Source: Octopus bimaculoides
Taxonomy: Eukaryota
Length of the DNA stretch: 64,000 bases
NCBI RefSeq assembly: GCF_001194135.2
Contig: NC_068985.1
Coordinates: 44,269,697-44,333,696 of the forward strand
Direction: 5' to 3'
Shown here: positions 24,376 to 36,124 of the stretch, piece after piece
Numbering within the stretch: the stretch's first letter is position 1
Layout: each line of letters opens with the position of its first letter
The notes under the pieces: model-generated
What the model was told of the DNA's origin: nothing
The model's database searches: none
Seen by the model: the letters and a program-made list of their open reading frames with translations, nothing else
Program-made: the position numbers and the translations under genes

Positions 24376-25738
24376 AACAACAAACAAAATGAGGACAAAT
24401 ATCCGTCAAATGTAAATAATGTACAAAATTCCTCATCTCTTAAATACAGAACTGAAAGAGAGTAAATATTATATTGTGTTGGTAACTATTTTAAAGTATG
24501 ATATATGAGACTTTCTTGTCTTATTGACTATCTCATCTATAGCCATTGTCAGTGTCAACAATGATATATGAAGGAAGTTGGTGGTGGAACAACAGGCCAT
24601 TTGTACTACTGTTCCTACTATTCTGCACTGCTCAAAGACAATTATTGCATAGTGGAGAATACATTATAGTTACAAAGTGGAACGAGGCACAGTAAACATT
24701 ATGAGGTGCAAGATCTAAAAACAGCTATAGATCTCAGGTCTTCAGTTGGTTCCATCCATGCTAGAGAACCCTTTAAGCAGGGCTGACTGGAGTTATTTAT
24801 TTAGTATTATCTCCACCAGGAGGAGTACAGTAACATTAGTCAGGAATGGTCTTTACCCGACAACAACAACAACAACAACAACAGTAGTTCCAGATGACAA
24901 AGACAAATCAAACAGTTTAGATGAAAGTACTGTAGTATTGGGGGTCAATTGCAGCCTTGAAGAGTCAATTAATAATCCACTTGATGCAAGAATGCAACTA
25001 CAAACACTGCACCAATTCACTATCTTTATACAGTACTGCATCACAATAAACTTCCCTTGCCCCAACAATATTTCAAGGTTGTCACGCAATACAGCATTAT
25101 TTCACTTTCAGTCTCTATTTCTCTCTCACATACACACACATTATATATAATTCCATTAAATTCCTTAGAGCAATAACAGCAATTGAATACCACATACCAC
25201 TACCAACACCACCAACGACAACATTTGCATCACTACAGCAAATGCAGTGAAATGCATCTAGAACCTTGAAATGCACATACACACACACACACATGTATGC
25301 AAGAACACATATAACACACATCAACACCATAACAATCAACAACATCCACCTAACAACACAACAACATGTCAATGCAGTGATGTTAACATAAAGCCTATTA
25401 AAAGATGTAAAAATACAAAATCTTTTTCTGTATTTTTTTTTCTCTCCTCTCAATGACATTCTCATAACATTATTGCACAACACAACTGCAACAGTTTTGA
25501 TGAGAGAGAGAGAGCTTCCTTTCTTTTTGGTAAAACTATCATATGTAATTTATGACAGACTTTAAAGACAGAATACAGCAGTTAATTATAGCATATAATG
25601 AATAGTTCATTTAGAAAACATGTATTGCTAGTCCTTTTTTTTTAACTCCCTGTTTGAGATGTATGACAGGTATGGTTTAAATACTTTTCCTATTAACTCA
25701 AGTATAGGTGTATGGTGTGTATATTTTTATGGTGTGCG

Positions 25739-25772
<34 letters not shown>

Positions 25773-26646
25773 GGGGGGTGCATTATGTGTAGGGAAAGAA
25801 GTGGGGAGAGTAAGAGCATACGTGACTATATATGCATTTATTTCCCCATATACAGATGTGTAATTGAATACATACATACAAACATACATACATATATATA
25901 CACACATACAGATAGATAAATATACATGCTTACATACAAATATAAACATATACACACATAGAGATATATACACATACATTCAGATATATGTACATAGATA
26001 CATACATACAGATACATCTATATATAAGGATTTTATCTTTTAAATGTTCAAGAGTGTGTGTGTTTGTGTGTGTATTTTGATTGATGGGACAAAAAGTATT
26101 GACAGAATATATTAAAGAATCATGAATTTGAGTTAGAAAATAAATTTTGCAGAGAATATGTGTTTATGCATAGATATACTTACAACTTCACATGCACAGG
26201 CACATTTGTACACACAAACATAAACTTACTTGCAGAAATGCACACAGACACACACACCTTACCCATTATTATTACAATCAGAGATAAATCCCATGAATGC
26301 GTGAATACGTGGGTACATGAGTGCGTGTGTGCGTGAGAGTAGTAAACATATATGTATGTGTATATATATATATATATATATATAAATATATACATACAGG
26401 CACAGGTAATGAAAGTATTCAGATTATGAACATCAAATAGGTGTCATTTTTATAGCCATGGAAATATACAAACGCAAAAACTCAAAACACACACACACAC
26501 ACTGATATTCAATCACATGCAGATAAAAACATATACACACATATCCAAACATATAATAGAAAGAAAATTTTCAAAAGTTCATATTAGCTAAAAGTTATCA
26601 GTGGAAGAAAAATAAACAAAATATATCAAAAACAGATATATATGTG

Positions 26647-26712
<66 letters not shown>

Positions 26713-26769
26713 GATATATATGTGTGTGAGTATATCTATCTATATATTTTTTATATATATGTATGTATG

Positions 26770-26807
<38 letters not shown>

Positions 26808-27196
26808 AAGGCAAAAAGACAAAGGTATAACAATTATAAAAAACTCGAAACAAAAACCTATAATGGTATAAAAAAAACTTGAACAAAAAATATAATAATA
26901 AAAGTAAAAAGATATAAAGATATTAAAAATAAAACAATATGTCACCTAGAAATGACAGCATCATTTATTCAGAAATTCCCTCTGTTCTAGAGCATTTGTC
27001 TACAATGGTAAAACTGAAAAACTTAGTGACATATACAACAGCATTATGTTAAGTAGAAAGTTAATACTGCTGACATTTACTTGATGTATGCTGGTGGCCC
27101 TTGATAAAAGGGGTTTTATGAATCCATTAAACAAACTCTCTCGCTTTTTAACTGCAGATGATGAAGTATTTCTGATGTAGATTTATTTAGAACCAT

Positions 27197-27286
<90 letters not shown>

Positions 27287-27405
27287 CACACACACATGCA
27301 GATACTCATACATGTATGTATGTATATATAGAGACAGATAGATAAATATACACATATCTATAGACACACACACACACACACATGCAGATACTCACACATG
27401 TATAT

Positions 27406-27436
<31 letters not shown>

Positions 27437-27459
27437 CACACATATATACACACACACAG

Positions 27460-27524
<65 letters not shown>

Positions 27525-28018
27525 TTAGTACAATCATACTTGAAGTAGATATAACATAAATACTGCAGTTTATTAAACTGCAGTATTTGTCTCAAGATAG
27601 CATCTTCTATAGAGATATAATGTCCTCAGTTAAACTGTCCAACCCATGCCAGCATAGAAAATGGATGTTAAATGATGATGATGATTATGACATCAGCAAA
27701 ATCTCAAATCTACAAGATAATGCATTTTTAATTTGATATAATGTGAATGAATAAATATTATATTTGATACAATAACTTGAATGATAAAGGGTTAATGGTA
27801 TAGTTAAACAGTGATTGAAAAATCACTGATATTGTAATTAGTGGGCAGGCTGAATAAAAATTTGTTATGGGTGACAGAAGAAGTATTAGTTTAAAATAGC
27901 AATCTTCATATCATACTAAGAGCAGATACATCATTGAAAGCCTGATAAATTACGGCATTTGTCTAAAGATAGTATTTCTTATAAATGTATAATGTTAAAA
28001 AGCACAAAAATATACCTA

Positions 28019-28153
28019 TAGCAGATGAAAATCATCCAGCAGTGTTAAATCCAACTGTTAAATGCACAGGTGTGCCTCTTTGGGCGCCATCAATGGCAAG
28101 TTGAACATTTAACAATGCCATCACCACCACTTCTGGATGATTTTTGTCTGCTA
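28019..28153. mobile_element. Small MITE-like element
   Basis: 21-bp terminal inverted repeats TAGCAGATGAAAATCATCCAG / CTGGATGATTTTTGTCTGCTA with 2 mismatches. Confidence 0.55.
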
Positions 28154-28674
28154 CTATTATATTTCTGCTTTTTTTTAACTCTACACATCTGTAAGAGATA
28201 CTATCTTAGGATGAATATTGCAAGTTTTCAATGTTGAATCTGCTTTAAATATTTTAAACAAATACCGCTTCTCATAGCCATAACAAATATATATATATAT
28301 ATATATATAGATGGGATAGAGGTGGCTATAGTAATTGCAGATATATATATATATATCCCACCTGCAATTACTATAGCCACCTCTATCCCATCTATGAAAT
28401 TTTCTACTCTGTCCCCCTACTCAGTCCAATTCTCTGTATCACTTCACCTGTATTCTCCTCCACTGTGCCTTGAAGGTATGTCCGGACACATATCCACCAT
28501 CATCTCTCCCGCTCTCTCCATCTCTATCTTTCTAAGTCTCTTTCTTCCTTCCTCTCCAACTGGGATATCCTTGTATCTCTTCTACAGGAAGACACCTATC
28601 TCTATCTCTCTATTATTCTTTTAGCTACTTCCCTGCCAGTTGAGGGAATTTCATTCTGTCTTGCAAATTATTTG

Positions 28675-28870
28675 GTAACCCTGCTGGTGCTGGTGCCATG
28701 AAAGAACTACTCAGTGTACTCTGTAATGTGGTTAGCTATAGGAAGTGCATCCAGCTGTAGAAACCATGCGAAAACAGATAATAGAATCTGGCATAACACT
28801 CTGACTTGACAGCTGTTGTCAAGCAGTCCAACTCATGCCAGCATGGAGAACAGATGTTAAATGATGATGA
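28675..28870 (+). mobile_element. Family A fragment (old)
   Basis: GCATCCAGCTGTAGAAACC..GTTAAATGATGATG. Confidence 0.7.
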
Positions 28871-29207
28871 CAATATAATATCTATTTTATGCACAACATA
28901 ACATAAATCAGTAGAATTGAAACAAATTTAAATATTACAAAGCTTCAGTGTGGGTGAAATAAAATTGTAAATATATTCTTTCTGTCCAATTGATATATTG
29001 AAAAAAAGGAGGGAAGGAGTCTCTTGATGGACTGTTGCACAATTTGTTAATTTCTCCTCACAGATGTACCTGACACTTTCCCAATCAACAACACAGATCA
29101 TTGGTTGTATAAAGCAGTTACAAATTAGTCTAGCATTATGGTGGAATAGCATAATTTGTATATTTGTGCCTTCAGCAACCTCATCAATAACTAAACAATA
29201 TCTTTCT

Positions 29208-29344
29208 GAATGCAGAATTGCCATTAGAATAGCAGAAATACTGGGTAAATTATTCTTACAAGGCAAAAAGAAAATTAACAACGCACAGCCTCGCAAGGGT
29301 AATTTACACAATATTTCTGCTGTTCTAATAGCAATTCTGCATTC
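29208..29344. mobile_element. MITE-like element with 45-bp TIRs
   Basis: GAATGCAGAATTGCCATTAGAATAGCAGAAATACTGGGTAAATTA versus 29300-29344, 4 mismatches; AATATC just outside both ends. Confidence 0.65.
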
Positions 29345-29712
29345 GAAAAAATATCATCTTGTTTGTATTGTTCAATACACATTTTGATGCTTCTAATAAA
29401 AACCAATGTTTATAAATATAAACAATATCTATTTTATGCACAACACAGCAAAAATCAGAAGAATTGAAATTTTCCACTCTATCCCCATACTCAGTCCAAT
29501 CCTCTGTATCACTTCACCTGTATTCTCCTCCACTGTGCCTTGAAGGTATGTCCTGACACATATCTACCATCATCTCTCCTGCTCTCCCCATCTCTATCTT
29601 TCTAAGTCTCTTTCTCCCTTCCTCTCCAACTGGGATATCTTTGTATCACTTCTACAGCAAGACACCTACCTCTATCTCTCTATTATTCTTTTAGCTTCTT
29701 ATGATGTATATA

Positions 29713-30005
29713 TATCATCATCATCATCATCGTTTCCATGCTAGCATGGGTTGGACAATTTGACTGAGGACTGGCGAACCATATGGCTACACCAGGCTCC
29801 AATCTGATCTGGCAGAGTTTCTACAGCTGGATGCCCTTCCTAACGCCAACCACTCCGAGAGTGTAGTGGGTGCTTTTACATGCCACCAGCACAAGTGCCA
29901 GTCAGGTGGTACTGGTAACGGCCACCCTCGAAATGGTGCATTTTACGTGCTACCTGTACAGGAGCCAGTCAAGCAGCACTGGCAATGACCTTACTCGAAT
30001 GTTTT
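29713..30005 (-). mobile_element. Young family A RTE 3'UTR
   Basis: Near-identical to 11343-11650. Confidence 0.9.
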
Positions 30006-30175
30006 TTGATGTCTATGATTAATTCTTTATATTTTGTATCTTTACATTTGTCCTGCTCGCTTACGTTCTGGTGTTTGCTGAATATTCTTGAGAACATTCT
30101 TCTTAGTGGTCAGACTGTAGCTGGTCTTCTAGCAAAAGGGATGTCCACTTAGTGGTCATCCCTCTTATATGTTTG
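30006..30175 (+). mobile_element. Penelope-like terminal fragment, same family as 47990-48140, abutting (TA)n
   Basis: Minus strand ACCACTAAGTGGACA..TGCTAGAAGA..ACTAAGA..GTTCTCAA aligns to 47997-48130. Confidence 0.5.
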
Positions 30176-30289
30176 TAATATATATATATATATATATATA
30201 TATANNNNNNNNNNNNNNNNNNNNNNNNNNNNNNNNNNNNNNNNNNNNNNNNNNNNNNNNNNNNNNNNNNNNNNNNNNNNNNNNNNNNN

Positions 30290-31055
30290 GAGTATAGCTG
30301 TGTGAAAAAGTGCCACACCCTAGCGGTTGAGGGAACCTGTGGAAGAGGTAGACTCAGGAAGACCTGGGATGAGGTGGTGAAACACGACCTTCGAACATTA
30401 GGCCTCACCAAGGCAATGACTAGTGACCGAAACCTTTGGAAATATGCTGTGCGTGAAAAGACCAGGCAAGACAAGTGAGACCATAACCCGTGGCCTTTAC
30501 CAGCGGGTGTAGCCAGCCCACTTATGCGTACCTTTCCTTCTTTGGACACAAAACTCTGCTTGTGAAGACCTGTTGAGGCAAGTGAAATTGAAATCAAATT
30601 CGAAATCGAACCAAATTCAACGACTCCATCCAAGCGGGATCACTGCCAGAGCAGCTGTCTGGCTTCCGTACTGGTGGCAGGTAAAAAGCACCATTTGAGC
30701 ATGATCGTTACCCACCTTGCCTTACTGGCACTTGTGCTGGTGGCACGTGAACAAAACATTCGAGCAAGGTCATTGCCAGTGCCACTGGACTGACTCCTGT
30801 GCAGGTGGCATGTAAAAAACACCATTTGAGCATGGCCATTGCCAGTACCGCCAGACTGGCCCTCGTGCCGGTGGCATGTAAAAGCACCCACTACACTCTC
30901 GGAGTGATTGGCATTAGGAAGGACATCCAGCTATAAAAACTCTGCCAGATCAGATTGGAGCCTGATGCAGCCAACTGGTTCACCAGTCCTCAGTCAAATC
31001 GTCCAACCCATGCTAGCATAGAAAGCAGACATTAAGCGATGATGATGATGATGAT
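30290..31055 (+). mobile_element. Young RTE-LINE 3' end: open ORF C-terminus (30290-30478) plus 3'UTR
   Basis: EYSCVKKCHTLAVEGTCGRGRLRKTWDEVVKHDLRTLGLTKAMTSDRNLWKYAVREKTRQDK*, then four hairpin units and a (GAT)n tail. Confidence 0.92.
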
Positions 31056-31364
31056 ATGTACATATATATATATATAAAGTTTAAGTATTAAAAAGTGTGA
31101 ATATGGATGTAAACACATTTTTTAATACTACTGATTTACAGAAAATAGAAGTTACCAGATGGGCCATTTTATGGTTTGTTGCCCACTTCTCAGGGAAGAT
31201 ATACTTGGTCTCTTGCCCCAATCAATAACAGAGATCAGCTGCTTTATATAGTTTTATAAATGAGTGGATATGTGCCACAAGACACCTCCTTCTACCTCTC
31301 TATCATACTCACATTGGGCATAATCCACTTTCCTTAATACTACATCCACTTGGTGACCTAAGGC

Positions 31365-32040
31365 CAGTGACATAAAAAAGAATCCAGGGCACTCTTTAAA
31401 GTGCTTGGCATTAAGAAGAGCATCTGGCTATACAAACCATACCAAAACAGACACTGGAGCTCAACACAGTCCTCAGACATGTTGGATGCTGTCAAATCGT
31501 CCAACCCACAAAGCCATAGAATACAGACACTAAATGATGATGATGACGATATATGGGTGTGTTTGATAGTAACTGCAATGAATCAGTACAAACCAAACAT
31601 ACATGTGTATTCAATATACCTAAGAACTACAGCCCCTGAAGGCACAGCTTTTAAGCCATTATATTGCTTGATTTGCTGAAGCAGGAAAAAATTATCCTAA
31701 GAGCTGATTGAAAATAAATATAATCACTCTACTACACACACTTGTACTGAGTACTCATTAGAGCAATGACTTTCATAGTCTGTTGGTTTCAATGATGATG
31801 ATGATGAACCTGATCATCATCATCATCATCCTTTAACGTCCGTTTTCCATGCTAGCATGGGATGAACAATCTGACCAGAGCTGGTAATGCCGGGGGTCCC
31901 ACTAGATTCCATTATATGTTCTGGCATAGTTTCTACTGCTTGATGCCCTTCCTAATGCCAACCACTTCACAGAGTGTACTGAGTGCTTTTTGTGTGGCAT
32001 CAGCATGAGTTTCCTTTATGTGGCACTAGCACCAGTATCC
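31365..32040. mobile_element. Two old family A fragments (31365-31550 +, 31810-32040 -)
   Basis: Motif matches with GAT/ATC tails. Confidence 0.65.
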
Positions 32041-33132
32041 ATTCTGCTGTGGAGGATGAGTCTTCTTGAGTATAGCAAGATGCCAGATATCTTGGTCCTT
32101 TGTCCTCTTGATTTAATAATTAGACCAACAAAATTTCCTGCTCACTGAATTAGTGTGTATGCAGCAGAATCAGCACATTACAGTGTGTGGCAGATACAAT
32201 CCATCCAATAGGATTCCAAACAGTTTCTGTTTACTCAATGTCACTCACAAGATTTAGTCAGTCAAAGATTATGGGTAAAATGACACTTGTTCAAGATGCT
32301 ACAAAGCAAATTAATGTGAGACCTTATGATTGTGAAGTGACCTTCTTAACCTTTTGGTGATGCTACATCCACACACACACAACATGTAGCACTGAAAATT
32401 CTGTTGCTTAATATTTCTCTTATTCCTACTTATGTACACATGTGTTTGTGTGTTTATGCCTATTATAGATATGAACTTTCTAAATACACACACACACACA
32501 CACACACACACACTGTCTCTCATGTCTCTCAGCTATTTAGAGTTTTGCATAATTCTAACCTGACATATGACAAAGACTGATGCTGAAAATGGACAGCAGA
32601 GCTTGTACACATTAAATTTATTCAAGATGCATTTAAATGGTTTGTTGTAGCACCACCAGCAGATATTCTCTCTCTCTCTCACTCTCTCTAATAATAATAA
32701 GTCTTCTAGCTGTTATTGCCAGTACTTGTGTGTCTGTATTTAAAGAATTTCATTCAGTATTGATCCACTGACAGTGCAGTTTTGTCAGTTGGTCATTTTG
32801 TGATGACCTCTAAGTATGATATATTTATAATAATGGCTAATGCGGTGGTTTTGTCAAACGTTTATTATGATGGCAACCTCTCCCTTCCTACATACTGCTT
32901 CCTTGTCATAATATTTGAATCTGTGTAACCTTATACTTTCTTTCATTTTAAAACTTTGATAAATCTATTTCTCGATTTCAGCCCCATTAACAAATGAATG
33001 CATGTACCTGCATATACACATACACACACAAAAGCCGAAATTTTGCTATTATGACACTGAGTTTCATCTCCTGGCTCTTCAGGTAGTAGTTTGTAAAGTA
33101 CTTCTATGTTTGTGTGCACTAACATGCATTCA

Positions 33133-33195
<63 letters not shown>

Positions 33196-33404
33196 CTGTA
33201 TCATTCTTTCAGTGTTCTGCTTTGGTATAACCAGAAATGACTGATGAAAGTAGCATTAATTTTTTTAGGTCATTCAATTTTTCTCAACTGATCAATGGAC
33301 AATTTGAGTAATCCTATCAATAACAAACCTATAATGACTACTGGAAACAGCTGTAAGTCAAACTTACTACAATAAAGAAAAATATGTAATGACCATTATT
33401 TATT

Positions 33405-33905
33405 CCTTGTCTTTGGACACTAAACTCCACTTGCGAAGACTTGCTGAGGCAAGTGAAATCGAAATCGAACTAAATTCGGCGACTGGCACCCATGCCAACG
33501 TCGTCTCCTTCATTGAACACTAAACTTGGCTTGCGAAGACCTGTTGGAGCAAGCGAAAGCGAAATTGTGATGGCACCTGTGCCCAGCGTCACCTTCCTGG
33601 CACGTGTAAAGACATTCGAGCGAGATCGTTGCCAGTGCCGCTGGACTGGCCCCTGTGCAGGTGGCACATAAAATACACCATTTTGAGCGTGGCCGTTGCC
33701 AGTACACCCTGACTGGCCTTCGTGCGGGTGACACGTAAAAGCACCCACTACACTCTCAGAGTGGTTGGCGTTAGGAAGGGCATCCAGCCTGTAGAAACTC
33801 TGCCAGATCAGATTGGAGCTTGGTGTAGCCATCTGGTTCACCAGTCCTCAGTCAAATCGTCCAACCCATGCTAGAATGGAAAGCGGACGTTAAACGATGA
33901 TGATG
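33405..33905 (+). mobile_element. Young family A RTE 3'UTR
   Basis: Begins with TTTGGACAC..AAACT..GAAGAC..GAGGCAAGTGAAATCGAA shared with 30540-30620. Confidence 0.9.
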
Positions 33906-35208
33906 AGATGCGGGTGACACATGAGGTTTTTCGAGCGAGATCGTTGTCGGTGCCCCCGGACTGGCTCATGTGCGGGCGACACATGAAATCTTTCGAGCGG
34001 GATCGTTGCCAGTGCCCCTGGACTGGCTCATGTGCGGGCGACAGATGATATCTTTCGAGCGAGATCATTGCCAGTGCCCCTGGACTGGCTCTTGTGTGGG
34101 TGACACATGAAATGTTTCAAGCGGGATCGTTGCCAGTGCCCCTGGACTGGCTCATGTGCGGGTGACACATGAAATCTTTCGAGCGGGATCGTTGNNNNNN
34201 NNNNNNNNNNNNNNNNNNNNNNNNNNNNNNNNNNNNNNNNNNNNNNNNNNNNNNNNNNNNNNNNNNNNNNNNNNNNNNNNNNNNNNNNNNNNNNNNNNNN
34301 NNNNNNNNNNNNNNNNNNNNNNNNNNNNNNNNNNNNNNNNNNNNNNNNNNNNNNNNNNNNNNNNNNNNNNNNNNNNNNNNNNNNNNNNNNNNNNNNNNNN
34401 NNNNNNNNNNNNNNNNNNNNNNNNNNNNNNNNNNNNNNNNNNNNNNNNNNNNNNNNNNNNNNNNNNNNNNNNNNNNNNNNNNNNNNNNNNNNNNNNNNNN
34501 NNNNNNNNNNNNNNNNNNNNNNNNNNNNNNNNNNNNNNNNNNNNNNNNNNNNNNNNNNNNNNNNNNNNNNNNNNNNNNNNNNNNNNNNNNNNNNNNNNNN
34601 NNNNNNNNNNNNNNNNNNNNNNNNNNNNNNNNNNNNNNNNNNNNNNNNNNNNNNNNNNNNNNNNNNNNNNNNNNNNNNNNNNNNNNNNNNNNNNNNNNNN
34701 NNNNNNNNNNNNNNNNNNNNNNNNNNNNNNNNNNNNNNNNNNNNNNNNNNNNNNNNNNNNNNNNNNNNNNNNNNNNNNNNNNNNNNNNNNNNNNNNNNNN
34801 NNNNNNNNNNNNNNNNNNNNNNNNNNNNNNATTTCTTCGAGCTAGATCGTTGCCGGTGCCCCTGAACTGGCTCTTGTGTGGGGTTGTTGTAGGATTTTCG
34901 AGCGAGATCGTTGCTGGTGCCCCTGGACTGGCCCTTGTGCGGGTGACACATGAGGTTTCTCGAGCAAGATAAGCGTGGCTGTTGCCAGTACCGCCTGACT
35001 GGCCTTCGTGCGGGTGACACGTAAAAGCACCCACTACACTCTCTGAGTGGTTGGCGTTAGGAAGGGCATCCAGCTGTAGAAACTCTGCCAAATTAGATTG
35101 GAGCCTGGTGTTGCCATCCAGTTTCACCAGTCCTCAGTCAAATCGTCCAACCCATGCTAGCATGGAAAGCGGACGTTAAACGATGATGATGATGATGATG
35201 ATGATGAT
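33906..35208 (+). mobile_element. Family A copy with a 62-nt minisatellite expansion spanning a 636-N gap
   Basis: Units start at 34008, 34070 and 34132 (62-nt period); the canonical 3' end follows at 34980-35208. Confidence 0.9.
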
Positions 35209-35237
35209 GATATATATATATATATATAGAGAGAGAG

Positions 35238-35465
35238 ATGTGTGACTTAGTGGTCAGTGTGTTGCACTCATGATCATAAGATTGTGGTTTCCTAGACCAG
35301 GCGATACGTTGTATCCTTGAGCAAAACAATTCATTTCACATTGCTCCAGTTCATCTAGCTAACAAAATGAGTAATTCTGTGATGGACTGGTGTCCCATCC
35401 AATGGGTGAACATATACAGAATTCAGGAAACTAGCCTTAGGAACCTATGGTTTGGGAAGGACTTT
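35238..35465 (+). mobile_element. Family E SINE
   Basis: Colinear with 880-1170. Confidence 0.6.
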
Positions 35466-36124
35466 TGATCCTTTTGATGATATCTATATATACATGTGTG
35501 TGTATGTGTTTATATATCAATTTAATACACAAATAAGTTACTAATAGTTTCATGTTTTTATGACACTTGAACAGGCATATTTATAAAATACACCATGTAT
35601 CTCTATGCTATCTTTCAAGGACGCTGGACAGTGAAAAAATAAGAAAAAAAATGCACAAAATAAATAAACACCAAGAAGGTTGATGTAAAAAATGGAACAA
35701 GAAAGAAATGAAATCAAGAAAACAAAGATCCCCATTCTCCCTAATTGCAGAAACCTCAATGAATACAGCTGGTATAGAACAAAGTAACAGAAAATATGTG
35801 AAAGTCTGCAAGACAGCAACTCAGTGGTGTGTTCTTGAACAAAACATTTCATTTATTGTTGCTCTGTAATCACCTTGACATTTGATGTATTGCACACTAT
35901 GCAACTGTACAGGAAATGTCAATTTGATGGAGAGAGTGAACTAATGCACAGTATAAATATTTGACTACTATAAACAAATCATCTGTACAGGTTGTTCCAG
36001 AAGAAATTGTGGGACTCTCATTCTATTGTCTACAACAGGAGAGTCCCCCATACACAGGGTGTTCCAGAAAAATTTGACAGAAAACAATATCTCATCCAAA
36101 AATAAAAGTATTTAAAAAAGATTA

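Larger units (their letters stand above)
23920..24454 (+). mobile_element. 5'-truncated, 5'-inverted Penelope-like element with 13-bp TSD
   Basis: AAAGAGAGTAAAT at 23907-23919 and 24455-24467; 24011-24178 reads WDEVKIIDRKHHWKI*KLKEIAHMLGHNNLLSRPSTDMSSIWELVL (GIY-YIG C-terminus-like); 23920-24006 is an inverted copy of 24336-24428. Confidence 0.8.
28396..29697. repeat. Nested direct duplication (~230-nt block at 28396-28626 and 29466-29695; ~50-nt block at 28875-28922 and 29421-29470)
   Basis: Direct alignment by eye, high identity. Confidence 0.85.

Noticed and set aside
30065-30128. Minus-strand exon KTSYSLTTKKNVLKNIQQTPE with good splice sites
   Set aside because: The sequence aligns to the repeat at 47997-48130, so it is TE-derived
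33906-34960. 62-nt tandem repeats as a CRISPR array
   Set aside because: No unique spacers, eukaryotic context, and the units are part of a LINE 3'UTR
35020-35080. Twister ribozyme upstream of GGTTGGCGTTAGGAAGGGCATCC in family A
   Set aside because: The GGTCCYAAGCCC core and pseudoknot partners are absent
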